Under the pieces are notes generated by a model that was not told the origin of the DNA, did not search any database, and worked only from the letters and a program-made list of their open reading frames with translations. Below, in pieces: positions 51,054-64,000 of a stretch of DNA of 64,000 nucleotides; position 1 is the stretch's first letter; each line of letters starts with the position of its first letter. The DNA comes from Tubulanus polymorphus. Taxonomy: Eukaryota; Animalia; Nemertea. The stretch lies in NCBI RefSeq assembly GCF_964204645.1, contig NW_027437434.1:117001-181000 (forward strand), in the 5' to 3' direction. The translations under genes and the position numbers were made by a program.

Positions 51054-53402
51054 GAAAATACACGCAGTTTCCTTAAAATTCAACGCATTTCTATAGACGC
51101 TATTTCTCAGCTGTGCCTTTAATGACGTTGCAGCGCGCACCTGCTGATCTAGCCGACGCTGAACAGTAAGCTATGTAAACAACGAAATGAGGTCCAAAAT
51201 CACGTTACAAAATTACAAATTGCGCGTAAACTAAACATTTTTGAACAGAACAGTTGAAGATGAGTGTATAGATGAATCGAATACATCATATTTTGAAATT
51301 TAAAAAAAGTGTCGGTTACTCTTTAAGTTTATTTGACAGTGGTACCGCTTCCTGTGTTTCACAGTATGTCTACACGTAAAACTGTTCTACCGAACACACA
51401 GGTCTGAAGTGCTAGGACTTCTAGAACTGCTAAACATATGACAGGCTTTTATTTGTTTTAATCCACACTCAGATCATTCGTTTAATCCCAGCATAAGTCT
51501 CTGGGGTCTACTGTGCATATTTCTGTATTTATCGTTATTAGACATATTCCATTCGAAAACATCAAATTTCCTCTATGGGGGTAGTTAACCTTTAACTTTC
51601 GTTAACAGTAAACATAAATACAGCGAGACCGATAGTACTTTTATTTACAGTGTGCATGATCGCTTTCTCGTGTTCAGCACCAAATTTGGTGCCGAAGTAT
51701 TTGTCATGTGCCATGTCGTCCGTTTTTCATTTCGCAGTCTACAATCATCTTTTCTGGTGTCATTTCACGCGCGACTAAGTTAACCAGTACTGGGTTATGT
51801 CGTGGTATGTCAGCCTGTCGGTGCCTAAATGTAAGGAATAAGAATAAATTAAGTTTTTTTTTTTTGTCGTTAGACACACACCATCAGTCAAACAAAAATG
51901 AGGAATTATTTCAATTCATACGTTTTTTGGTGAATATCTATTTTGGCAACAATAATTGAAGTAGATCGCATAATGGACCTTCGACTGCACCAGAAAATGT
52001 GCACTTACGTGTGAAAAACAAACCAAGTCGCTCTCCACAACACTGGTGCCAGTAATAAGCTTAATGTGGTCAAACCCAGTACAAGAAGATAAACCTAATA
52101 ATAAACAAGAACATTTAAAATTTGATTAGAGTCACTCGCTGTGTCTCGACCTGACCCAAAACATAATCATGATATATAACATTACTGCATTTTTCTGGAT
52201 ATCATTGAGGGGGGGACCTGAAAATGCTGTGCTATAGATGATATTTGCAACATGGGCACTTTTCAAAAATGTCTGGGGCAGCCCTGCTAGGGCCGGCCCC
52301 CTGAAAAGGCACCCAAAATGGTGATGACGGTGCGCCAGACTGATCGATCGCGGCGCAAAACACAATTAATTAAAGGGGTCAATTTTTATATTTCAAATGT
52401 TTTTTTAGACAATCACGACCATTGATAGATACAATGTGCATCTAGATATGTTTTGGACACTTAAGCCTGGAGACATTTTAGTCTGCGTTTGCGATCTATA
52501 CCGCTTTTTGACGGCATTTTGATTGATTTTGGTTATCAATACTACGTCATCGAACAGCTTATGGCAACTACGCCATACGATATGATATACGGATCTGCCA
52601 GACCACACACCGGTCACTGAATTTGGGGATAAAGACCTTTCACACGTCGAAAGTTTTAAGATGGGCATTATTACCAAAAGGTGTTATTCGATGTACGGGC
52701 CTGTGGCTGGCCATTTTCACGCCTTCTAGAAACTTCTCAAACCCTGCATTCGACGATTATGGCTTAATCGACTAATATCAACCATTTGATCTGGCATGTG
52801 ATCTATTTTCAATCGTGGGAGTTGAACTACAGAACTCGAGAACGTATTTCCCATGAATCAAGCTTTCAACGAGGTCCTACAGTCACAAGATGGCATCATC
52901 GGTTTATTAAGTAAAACCATTGTAATCCTGGATGCAGGAATATGTTGAACAATTTACCGCCTTCGGTGTGATCGACTTTAATAAGGATGGAAAGCACTTC
53001 GTGACCGAGATGCTCACCTGTACAAGTGACAGATGGGGAGCGATCGTAACCCGTAAGAAAAACGTGTAATCATTTTGTTTATCGGGATGCGTGCGGGAGT
53101 GTTTTACTTATTTAAAAAAAGAAACAAAAACATATTTCTGCATGCGGGATGCCCATTTTTATTTTCATTTCTTACTGACGAACTTTTCTGACGCGCGGAA
53201 AATGAAATTGTTGAGATTCAAGCTATTTTCATGTCGCCTTAAAGAATAAATGGAAGAAATTTTGCATCAATTTACTGAAATTTTGTTACTGCAATTTGTA
53301 CTCAAATTATTGAGTTTGGAATGAAAATGTAGAAAAAGTATCGCTAATTAATGAATTCCTGTGAATCAATGCTCAAATTTGCTTTGGGACGGTATCAGAG
53401 TA

Positions 53403-53678
53403 TACCTTTGTCGATATTAGTTGTCGAATAAACACTATAATCCGTGTAAACTGTAGATAAATGAAGAAATCCCACACTTCGAATTTGAAATTATACGATC
53501 AGATTTATTATTACGAAACCACAACGGTTCGGCTGTTGACTAACAGCCATCATCAGGTGCCATTCCACCTGATGATGGCTGTTAGTCAACAGCCGAAACG
53601 TTGTGGTTTCGTAATAATAAATCTGATCGTATAATTTCAAATTCGAAGTGTGGGATTTCTTCATTTACCTTTGTCGAT
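53403..53678. mobile_element. Penelope-like inverted-repeat remnant
   Basis: Near-perfect ~210-bp palindrome at 53458-53667; 13-bp direct repeat TACCTTTGTCGAT at 53403 and 53666; contains a minimal hammerhead. Confidence 0.75.
53565..53606 (+). ncRNA. Minimal type I hammerhead ribozyme
   Basis: CCAC-CTGATGA-T-GGCTGTT(AGTC)AACAGCC-GAAA-CG-TT-GTGG: stem I CCAC/GTGG, core CUGAUGA and GAAA, palindromic ACGU stem III, GUU cleavage triplet. Confidence 0.82.
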
Positions 53679-54659
53679 GTTCGTTCAAACCCCGATAACT
53701 TTCTTTCGGGTCGGCGTCCAGAAGATCATTGCGGTGACCGCGAATATTCTTCATAGCAAATTTTTTTAAACTATGCTTTCGACATAATGAATGGATGATT
53801 TTGGCCATAGACCCGAAAAATCCTCATAGAAGATAACATTTTTAGATAAACTGATATTGTATTCTCAATGTAAGAAGAAATGGTGATCATTGATGAACTC
53901 CAAAGTTTTCTTCTGACAGCTTCGCATGTTTTCTGGCAAATGAATTCAGTGTCATTCCAAATGAGTTAAGGTGGTCTTACCTCTCTCGATATTAGTCCCA
54001 ATTTCAGAGCACGACTTCCGAGTACAAATGCATATTCACTTACTTGTGCCAAGCCAGCAGATACGATCCACTTAGCTGTTCGGCTTTCTTTTGAAAGAAC
54101 AACTTGCAGCACAAGTACACCAGTAAAAAACTATTGAAAAAGCGTATAATGTTCTGTCAGTAACATTTGGCTTGTGAATGTCTTTCCTACAGGATATCCA
54201 AACGTTTCGATCGTCATTCCACTTTTGCTATTTGTCCGTCTACTATCAGAACAGGAAACTATTCATGTTCTATTAGTTAATTGATTAAACTTATCCGACA
54301 ATATGTCTCACCTTAAAGCCAACAACAGCTAGAGTCAGAGACACAAGCACAGTTATTTCAAACATCATGAATGAAGGAAAGACGTGCAATCCTAAAAAAG
54401 ATAAACCGTAGAACATCGTGAGTCACTGCTATGGGTTTGATTGTTTTTGTTGATTCCACAAACAATTGGTAGTTGTCAAATTTCGATTCATGAGTCATAT
54501 TGTGGGACTATTTAGTAACGGAATTGCCGATTAGAATACCGGGTCACCAGTCAAGTGGATATTTTCACTCAGCTAACTCAGATAATTCAGCTATAAATCC
54601 CACAGGAAACTGAAAATGAGAAATATGGATGGACTAATGCACGGAACGAAAATAGACGA

Positions 54660-56383
54660 AATAAACTATTTTACAGTTGCTAGCCGCCATTTTGTTAGGG
54701 TACTTTTGTCCCGTATTGTTGGGTCATTTTTTTCTCTTTTTTAAAAACTATCCGTGATGCGTGTTGTATCATATTTCATCTGTCCATGGATGGATTTTGA
54801 CAACTTCAGCAACATTCAAACCGCGTGAATCTCTAGTATCAGTTATGTAAAAATCATTTCTCAAATTTACAACAATGCGACATGAGAGCAATATAAAAAT
54901 CGGTGGTCAGTTTTTGCCGTGCGCATAGAAATCAAGGGTACTGAACTTTGAAGTTCGTTATTTTCAGAAATAATTTTCTAAAAAATCCAAGCATTTCAAG
55001 AACTGTGCGCATAAATGCCCCCTTTCAGGTGAACTTTGAAATTTTTAGATATCTTGCCTAGTTTTTTTCCTATGGCACTTTAACTGCAGCGCGTGTATTT
55101 CAGTATATGGGCGTTATTTTTTCATTTTTACTACACTTGTCTCTACGGAAAATGGTTTTAATTGTTGGTACGAGTATCAGGTTTTAATATTACGGCATTA
55201 ATACTGTATTCCGTTCTCCGGCGCTAGTTCGTAATGGCTGGATTGGTAGCCGCTTTTACAGCAGGCAGAGGCTTACGTACATGCACCCAAGAAAACCCAA
55301 AATATCACTCTTTTGTTGTAAATGCAATCCACACACTTCTTGCGTTTTTGTGATGGTAGATGTCACTTTTTACTTTTTATCACCGGTGTCTGACATTAGG
55401 ACTTGATACTTGATATGTCACCACCAAAGCAAGAAAACGTTTTCCTATATTTTCTTCCCAATCTAATCAATCTTGTGTGTACTTAATAGAAAGTATTCAT
55501 AGAAAGTAGCTGAATATTTGCCCCAACCCATTTGTCCAGCTTTTTGACCACTTCTCCATCCATCTAATTTCAGTAGATTTTTATGTAAATTTATTGATAG
55601 ACTACTGATTTAAATGGTCATCATACTCGATTTTGTGTGTTATATTTCTTTTCTTCTTCCATCTCAATATAGGCCCATATATTCTCTTCCCGCGCGCAAC
55701 TTCGAATACGTGATCAAAATGCCGTTCAGTCTCGCTGCTAAAACTGGTAAAAAAATCCCTTTAACTCCAACATCTCTAATTTCTTCGATCTATTATATTG
55801 CATAAATGCCGTAATATTAAAACCTGATACTCGTACCAACAATTAAAACCATTTTCCGTAGAGACAAGTGTAGTAAAAGTGAAAAAATAACACCCATATA
55901 CTGAAATACACGCAAAGAAAACAGCGCCGAATCTCGGAATGACAATACACGCGCTGCAGTTAAAGTGCCATAGAAAAAAACTAGGCAAGATATCTTAAAA
56001 TTTCAAAGTTCTCCTGAAAGGGGGCATTTATGCGCACAGTTCTTGAAATGCTTGGATTTTTTAGAAAATTATTTCTGAAAATAGCGAACTTCAAAGTTCA
56101 GTACCCTTGATTTCTATGCGCACGGCAAAAACTGACCACCGATTTTTATATCGCTCTCATGTCGCATTGTTGTAAATTTGAGAAATTATTTTTACATAAC
56201 TGAAAACTAGAGATTCACGCGGTTTGAATGTTGCTGAAGTTGTCAAAATCCATCCATGGACAGATGAAATATGATACAACACGCATCACGGACAGTTTTT
56301 TAAAAATAGAAAAAAATGACCCAACAATACGGGACAAAAGTACCCTAACAAAATGGCGGCTAGCAACTGTAAAATGGTTTATT
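54660..56383. mobile_element. Non-autonomous foldback transposon with ~540-bp TIRs
   Basis: 54660-55199 is the reverse complement of 55805-56383 (AATAAAC(T/C)ATTTTACAGTTGCTAGCCGCC..); the right arm has a ~38-bp extra segment. Confidence 0.9.
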
Positions 56384-57619
56384 GTTGCCCGTTGTCGAGC
56401 GCATTGTCTCGATAAAAAAACAAGAGATCAATGATCTCAAGAGCTCTGACTCATACAAAAACATACAAATTTGTCCTCAGTGATAAAGTAAATGGTTGTG
56501 CAGTGTATTACGTATTTAAGTTTTATTGAAAACATATTCAAAATATTGACATATTGAATTTACATAACGGAAATAAAGATTACAGGGTTTGTAATTTGTC
56601 ATCATAAATAAAACTAAATAATCATTTAATCATTAAATCAAAAGATTTTCGAGCAATTTCAATTTGGAACTAATAACCAGAATAGTATGCAATAGATAGA
56701 AGAAACATAAACAATAACTGCCTGTGTTTATAAATATATCAAATTATTGCGGTGATATGGCATTGACAGGCTACTATATAAGCTCAGGCATTTTTAGCGG
56801 CAGCGTCTATTGCAATGGTTTTGCACTAAGAATAAATGCTATCGGCGAAATTTCGCTGACCTTCAGTTAGGACAGCTAAAAGGAATTTAATTTCAAACAC
56901 GCATTATCCTCTTTAACTAGTGTTCCTTCAAATATTCCGACAATAGTTTTGCCCTAAGTCGATAACCGCGATAAATGAGCCGCGTTAATGAAATTCTCAA
57001 AAGAAATAAAGTCACTTCGTGCCTTACGCACAGTTTTGTGGCAGTAAGTAATTGGAATATCAGGGGTTCAGGCCAGAGGTCGTGAGGTCAACACATCACT
57101 CATCACCACAGGTAATTTTTTCCCCTAATAAATGGGAGATAGAAAAGCATTCTTAGCAACAATAAATAACAGAATAAAACCAGCAAAAAAAAAACAATTT
57201 GAAATAAAAAAGTTAGTCGATGTTACAAAACAAATTGAACACAAAATATTAAAATTAGAAGATAAAAACTAAATATGGAGAGAAAGTATCAGCAATTTTA
57301 AGTTACTGTAATGCTAGTACAACGCGAGAATTAAATTATTTTTACCCGATAAATGGGTTTCATTGAGTACAGAAGATTTTAGAAGGATTTAAAATAATTG
57401 ACCATGGGAAAAATGAAGACGGGTATCATGATTTAGAAGTTGTTGATTAAAAAAATAAATTGATAATAAAATTAATTAAATATTAAGAATCCGAAATGAC
57501 TGATCTGGACAGGTCAATTGCTCCTCATAGATAGACAAAAGTAGTGACATATTTAATTGATACAAAATAGAAATATTGTTTAATGAATTAAATTTTTTTT
57601 TGCTTTTTTTCTAAAATAT

Positions 57620-58498
57620 TAATCCATTTTTTATACTACACTTTGGAATTTCAACAGTAGTTATTTCAACTATTAATATCATAAATTTTTCTTTGATTTT
57701 TTATATCAACTATATCCAATCAAAATGAATACAATTACGAATCCAGTTCTAAAATATGAATATTTTTCAAATATTATTTTATCAGAAGGAGTAGAAATAA
57801 CAATATTTTCACCATTATTATTAACACTTTCATTATTTATTTTTCTTTATAGCTTTTTAAATTCTCTCGATTTAATTCCTAATTGCCGAGACCATTCAAT
57901 TTGTTTTTGAGTTCTCGGTTTTTTCTTCACAGTTAATTCCTTCAATTCTTTCACCTCGCTCATGTATTGTAGACAAATTTTACTCTCAATATTTAAAAAT
58001 GTTATAACTCCAATTGATAAAAGCGTCATAAATCCTCCTAATTGAAATGATAAATATCCAATCCATTTATTTAATTCAGTCATAACTAAATAATTATTTT
58101 CTAAATCGAAATATAATCTATTTTCAACCTGAATTGGTAGCATATAATTACATTATTTACTATAACCTTTTACTACATTTTCTGATATCGCATCATTAAT
58201 TCTAGCTGTTCTCGCAGTTTCATAAATCTTAAATAATTTAATAATTTGGTCTGGTTTCATTATATCTAATTCATTATAAGTTAAATTTTTACCAATAAAA
58301 TTTTTACATTTCCCAGATGCAATTAATATTTCTAATTGATGTTTGCAATAAAGATAATATTCAAAATTATTATTTGTAGTAATATCATTTAAAGCACCAT
58401 TATCTGAAGTTAATTTTGTTTCTGTTATGCCTAAATCATCCAAAGTTTTTCAATTGGAACATCACTATTTTTAGATTTTATTTTCTTTTCACCTCCCA
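57620..58498 (-). pseudogene. Second Polinton-like virus remnant: homologues of the 47170-48134 genes in the same order
   Basis: FEYYLYCKHQLEILIASGK, NNYLVMTELNKWIGY and KKKPRTQKQIEWSRQLG. Confidence 0.8.
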
Positions 58499-58764
58499 TT
58501 TATAAAACAAAAAAATTAGTTGTGTTTTGTAACTAGTATTCTACTAGAATCTAACTAGAATGTAACTAAAAATGTACTAGATTAACAAGCTAGTTGAAAT
58601 ATCATTGTTTTTATTTATTTCTTGTTGAATTTTATTTGATTTTTGTTTCAACTACAAACAACTAGAATTCAACTAGAATGTGACTAAAATATACTAGATA
58701 AACACGCTAGTTGAATTTAGATGAATTCATATTTGAATGGGTGTAACGAAATAGTAATTTTTAT

Positions 58765-59480
58765 CTTTTATTATTTTGCATATTTATTGCCGGTATAATA
58801 ACCAATTTGATTAATATTACAATTTTCAAATTATTTTACTTTTTCATTCATAAAATGTTTTCTTATTTCTGGCCATTGATCAATCATTCTCATTCCTTGA
58901 CAAAATAATTTATTTGCTATACCTTCGATAGTTATTTCTACTTTTCATATTTCAGGATTATAATAATTATCAACATTTATTGCACCATTAGAATATGTTG
59001 CAATTGTAAAAAATATTAATATACCTTTAATAGATATTCTTGGGAAGTTAATATTCTCATTAATTATTTCATCATTTGCATTAATAGTTACAGTTTTAGA
59101 TTTATCAATATAATCATGTAATAATGAAAATCCTTGATTATATTGAGTTTGAATGATGCTAGCAATATTTTCATCAGTACTGTATCATATTCTAAACATA
59201 TATTCGATAATTTATAACCTATATCTTTAACAACGCTAGATAGCACAATTTCATTCACAGGAGCAAATGGTATTTCGAATATAATATCTTCTTGAATTGC
59301 ATATTTATGTAAAGGCGCCTTATTATTTATCAACTCAAAGTCTAATGGAAATTTATATTTGCTTCCATAAATCTTGCAGCATTAGTGCAGCATAAGTAAC
59401 TATTGCATTATTAGCTTCTGATCTTAATTTATTATGGTTTTCTGATAGGATGCCTTGAAATATCATATTATTTCGATTAA
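58765..59480 (-). pseudogene. Major-capsid-like (double jelly-roll) protein fragment of a Polinton-like/MELD-type virus
   Basis: Frameshift-joined translation FQGILSENHNKLRS..YGSKYKFPLDFE..FEIPFAP..YKLSNICLEYDTV..INENINFPRISIKGILIFF..YNPEI.KVEITIEGIANKLF..DQWPEI; recognised by resemblance and context only. Confidence 0.7.
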
Positions 59481-59794
59481 CGCAGTCTCAAATGTTTTGT
59501 GACTTTCTCAAAATGTATCAAAAATTTAACTAATTTTTAGTTCATAAGTCCTCAAATATTCATAAATGAACAGTTAAAAATTGTTGAAACTTGTCGACTC
59601 TGCCGTAAAATCAACCTATCAACCGTCCGGAATGTGGGATAATGTCGGGCTTTCGAGAACATAATGCCCCCGAGGTCTTCACATTTACAGAAAAGATTAC
59701 GTAAGTGATTCACGCGCAGCGCGCGATAGGCGCACAATAGAAATCTGAGCCGCGCGTTCTTTGAGTGTCACCAATTAAGAGTACAGCTATTGAG

Positions 59795-60095
59795 AAAATT
59801 GACCTTGGGAGGAATATTCCTCCCTAAGTCAATCGATGGAAACTTGACCAAGGGGTTCGATATTCAAACAATTGACTTTGGGAGGAATATTCCTCCCAAG
59901 GTCAAACGAAGAGAATTTGACCTTCAGGTCTGGTATTCAAAGTAATGACTTCGGGAGGAATGTTCCTCCCTATGTCACACGAAGTAAAATGGGCCTGGTC
60001 TGATATTCGAAATATTGTCATATGTCATCTGAAGGAAAATGGACCTGAGTCTTAAATTCAAAGTATATTGATTTAGGGAGGAATATTCCTCCCAC
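59795..60095. repeat. Four copies of the 18-bp palindrome GGGAGGAATATTCCTCCC within ~70-bp diverged units
   Basis: At about 59807, 59880, 59953 and 60076. Confidence 0.85.
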
Positions 60096-61368
60096 CACTA
60101 AACGCTATTACCTGAATTTTTAGAAAGATAGGTATTGGTGTTTTGGGTGTAATTTGTTTTTTACTTTTTAAACAGTACCCAATAAAGCCAGGCAGGTAGA
60201 TTTATGAATTTCGAGTGATACGATACACAGTGTTCGAGGTAATGAGACGGTATGAGACATACATACAATTTTGGAAAACTAAATAGATTTAGTATTTTCT
60301 TTGTCTAACATTAGATTGCTGTAACTTTGTCGACAATCAATTGTAATCAGATTGTAATCAGGCGCTGTCATAATGAATTCTCTTTAATTGAGCAATATTT
60401 ACTTAGGACTTAATCACTGACTTTCTATAGATAATGAGCTATACAAAGCCTAACCAGATAAAATTCAGTGGCTTGTTATTGTCAGCTTGCTTGTATACCA
60501 AGCTTCGCTAACATAAACGATGATGTTGCCCTTTTTACTGAAATCTTGACGTATCAAACCATAGATAAACGGCAAAATTTGCTTCAATCGTTTTTACGCA
60601 TGAGGAAACGTTCTTGATTTGAAAGGCACTTGTTGACGTGTGGGGAAAAATTGAAAATTTTCACAGAAATCCTTTTAAAACAATTCCAGTTATTTTGGAC
60701 TTAATTTTGCAATACAAACGAAAACATACCGGCGGCAGAAAATCATAAGCTCTTTAATGGGTATTCTTAGGGGATTTTTACCGGGGAATTTCGACCATTA
60801 CCGTGTAGACGAGCCGGTAACAAAAACCTTTTGAAACAACAAATTATTCGCTTGTATGAATTAACGCCACTTTTGATAGGACTGCCTAATCAAATATTTC
60901 AATCATGAAGATGGCGAGTTGACTGAGCCCAAGGCGCACAGTCAATAGTAGATATAAAGGAACTACGAACATAATGCGTTTTCCTTAAAAGTGTTTCATC
61001 CATAGAGATTTAATACAACTTGTCAACAGTTCAATTTCTATAATGCGATGACCTATGTATGTAAATATGTTTTCTGTTTGTTTTACGCGTGATACCGGGG
61101 GATAATACCTTCGCCCAAACGTTCTACACACACATGATACCATTTAATGAATCCGAAATATATCCAAGCCTAGAGTTCATGCTGAAGGATGAAGACTAGG
61201 AATATCTTAGCAGTATAATTTTTAGAAAGAGATTTTTGTCCACTGAAGGTTAGAATAGCACGCCGGACTCTTTGTTAGGATCGACCACAGTTCTATAGTG
61301 AATTGATTACAAGTAGTTAATTTAGCAAAACAAAGTAAATTGTTCATTACAGTGCATTGCTAAGGGTT

Positions 61369-61520
61369 AGCGGTAAAAAAAACCCAGAATGTTGGAAAAA
61401 TGGCCAAGGAAAAAATGGCCAGGAAAGTATGGCCAAGGAAAAAATGGCCAAGGTAATTTGTCAAGGAAAAAAATGGCCAAGAAAAAAATGGCCACGGAAA
61501 AAAAGGCCAAGGAAAATTTA
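61369..61520. repeat. ~15-bp GGAAAAAATGGCCAA tandem repeats, probably one end of a MULE-type MITE
   Basis: About 8 visible copies; no matching opposite end seen. Confidence 0.6.
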
Positions 61521-61771
61521 TGAGAACTACTGCCAATGTTAATAAAACATTTAGCTTTCAATTTAATGACATCACATATTTTTCATGGGACTTAAAACAA
61601 TTAAAATCGGTATTGATGAGTTCAGAAATGTGATGAACTTACATTTCATTTCATTGCATATAATGAATATATCAAGAACTATCATGCAAGTGGTCAATGA
61701 ATAAACTTACTAGTGATGAACTTAAACTTAATAAAATAACTAAGTCAATAATTCAAAACATCTAAGTAAGC

Positions 61772-62520
61772 GAGTAAAAATCCCCTAGGTAAAAATCCCC
61801 AATCCTTCAAAGTAGGTAATCGCCTCCCTTTGAAGGGATTATAAGTAGATACAATCTTAAGGTCAATTAATTCGTATTATTGATACGTATATCCAATTTA
61901 TTCATATTTTACTGTCGAACACCATAAGGATATCAATATGCCTATACAAACTATGCTATTTAAATTAAAACATACTACAAATTAACGTTTCATTGATACT
62001 AAATTAGTACATATACATGTAGTTATTGCACAGCTTAGTAAAGGGGTTCATCGCACATTTCAAATATATTACACTAGCTTGAATCTAAAATATTTGATAT
62101 CAAAAGTACGTTATTTCTAATAATTCATGGCATCGCACAGCTAAAATATACCACAAGTTAACAAGAGTCCGCAGTTCAAAAATATTCCAGTTCGAATCTT
62201 AAGATATTACAAATAAAAGTTTATTACTCTTATTAATTCTTACAATTTATTTTACCCGTAAGAATTTATCGCAACGAAAGATTTCATTTAAAAGTTCAAA
62301 CATATTTCAGTCTCATTGCAAATTCGAGAAACATCGTGCTTTGAAATGTTCTTGAAAATCACCAAGTATGATTATTTGGGGGGATTTTTACCCATGGTAT
62401 GTTTACCATGTTTACTTAGGGTTTAGATTTTTTAGATTTCTACATAGGAAATCTTTACCTGGGGATCTTTTTTGAACGGATGAAGGTATTTTGAAGGAGA
62501 TATTCTGGGGGATTTTTAAT
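61772..62520. mobile_element. Degenerate MITE with GTAAAAATCCCC / GGGGATTTTTA subterminal repeats
   Basis: The motif at 61774-61800 is inverted at 62377-62520. Confidence 0.4.
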
Positions 62521-64000
62521 TGTCATATCTAGCTACGGTAAATACTTTTCTCATTGATTATTCGCTACGATACTTATTACATATCACACAAATCCGCGTA
62601 TACGCTAGAATCAATACTGTTAGCAAAAATCACTAAGAATCGCAATTTGCTCATTTTGTAATATTTTTGAAATCGTCCAATTTTATTGCAGAGATTCCCC
62701 GATTCCCCAAAAGTAATTCAAAATCGCCCTATCCAATATCTAAAGGCCATTCAAAGCAATATATTTTGTCAATTCTTTTTGAATTTATTCATAATTAATA
62801 ACATATTCTTAATAGTAATGATTTTAATATTAGGAATCTGATCTAATATATTTCTAGTTGTAAAACGTAGCGTGTAAACGGATTTACGTGCAATTATCTC
62901 ATTAATGAGATGATCGCTCGTAGGTCGGATGGATCGACGTATTGGTGTGTACCGGTTTACAGTGTCTTTAATCAAAGATTCCATTTGATATCTGTCGTAT
63001 TTCTATGAAAGAGTACAAACAGAAATATAAACCCCTATACAGGGTACAAATCAGAAGTTAAAACTAGGACAATGGCAAATTTGCAAACATAAAGGGAAAG
63101 ATTTCTCTCAACAATCATGACCCACATAAGCCGCAATCACACGGAGACGATTGGTAATTAGAGAGTGCGTTCACACGCAAACCATTCACTCGATACTAAA
63201 CAATGCTCAAACAAAGCGAAGTGGATCATTTACGGTGCTAAAGTCTATCCCAGAAGTTATGACCGCGGTGCATCAAAGAGTTGTTACACTAACATATCGG
63301 GATCCTTGTGGTTTCTATCACTCAGCCTTACGAGTAATTGAGGTCAAGCGACTACTGCATTCAAGAGTGAATAATATACCATCAACTGGCCTTTCATTAA
63401 AGGATATTAAATTGCAATTTTTATAATTTTACAAAATCCTTTCTTGGATTTTTAGTTTCATTTTGGGAATAATCATGTCATGTGGCAAATTCAATCTGAT
63501 TGATTTTGTACATCTATTAACTCCTCAGAGTGTGAGCATATATAATCTGGAATCATCTCATGAGTCGAGTGCTGTTGTTTTGCTTGAAACACCATCTAAA
63601 TATAATCTTTCAACTTGGAAATTGGTTTTGACACTTCATAATGTAAACACTGACTTCAGCATCCAGCGAAAATATTCACTCTTGAATGCAACAAGACTTC
63701 AAAACTGAATTTTCATTGCTTATTACATTTTCTTGGATTAAGTGTGGAAAAGTTTTGCTCTTTATTCACCCTTGCCTATAACCATAGTAACAAGCAGCTG
63801 GGGTCCAGCGAGTCAGCGATGCTCATGGTGAGTTTGACCACTTAAAGCTGTCAGTATCAATTAAATTGTTGTTGATACTGGCTCTTTGAGAGTGAAATGC
63901 CGCGGTCATAACCACTGGGATAGACTTTAGTTGCAATTCAAACGCAGTCATTTGTCTGGTGCTCGGGCCTGGTCCGACGTTTTTTGTCGGGCCCGGGCCA

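Noticed and set aside
51054-51326. Possible Kolobok-type element end (..TACTCTTTAA)
   Set aside because: No partner terminus found in the window
52700-53070. Possible decayed coding sequence (WMQEYVEQFTAFGVIDF..)
   Set aside because: Several stops and no recognisable motif

Overview
AT-rich animal genomic DNA (an invertebrate, by inference from the repeat families and the GT-AG introns), made almost entirely of nested and decayed mobile elements. No intact host gene is recognisable. From left to right: a 31-bp tandem repeat carrying a Helentron-type non-autonomous insert and MITEs; a Harbinger remnant; a spliced P-element-like transposase with an RFX-like winged helix, facing a spliced PIF1 helicase gene; a 7.9-kb Mutator/MULE element (PHD + OTU/vertnin-like protease + DDE transposase) inserted in that PIF1 gene and itself carrying a hAT remnant; two near full-length Gypsy/Ty3 LTR retrotransposons; a LINE fragment; satellites; a tyrosine-recombinase-like fragment; two related endogenous Polinton-like virus remnants (integrase, A32-type packaging ATPase, HNH nuclease, capsid-like protein); a Penelope-type inverted repeat with a minimal hammerhead ribozyme; and several foldback elements. 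The most novel-looking signal is a ~90-nt non-coding element shared by the two viral remnants (48385-48471 and 57471-57561). Its core is near-identical in the two copies while its closing stem differs in sequence yet still pairs, which points to an unrecognised structured RNA or ssDNA motif. All calls come from reading the sequence by eye; no database search was run.
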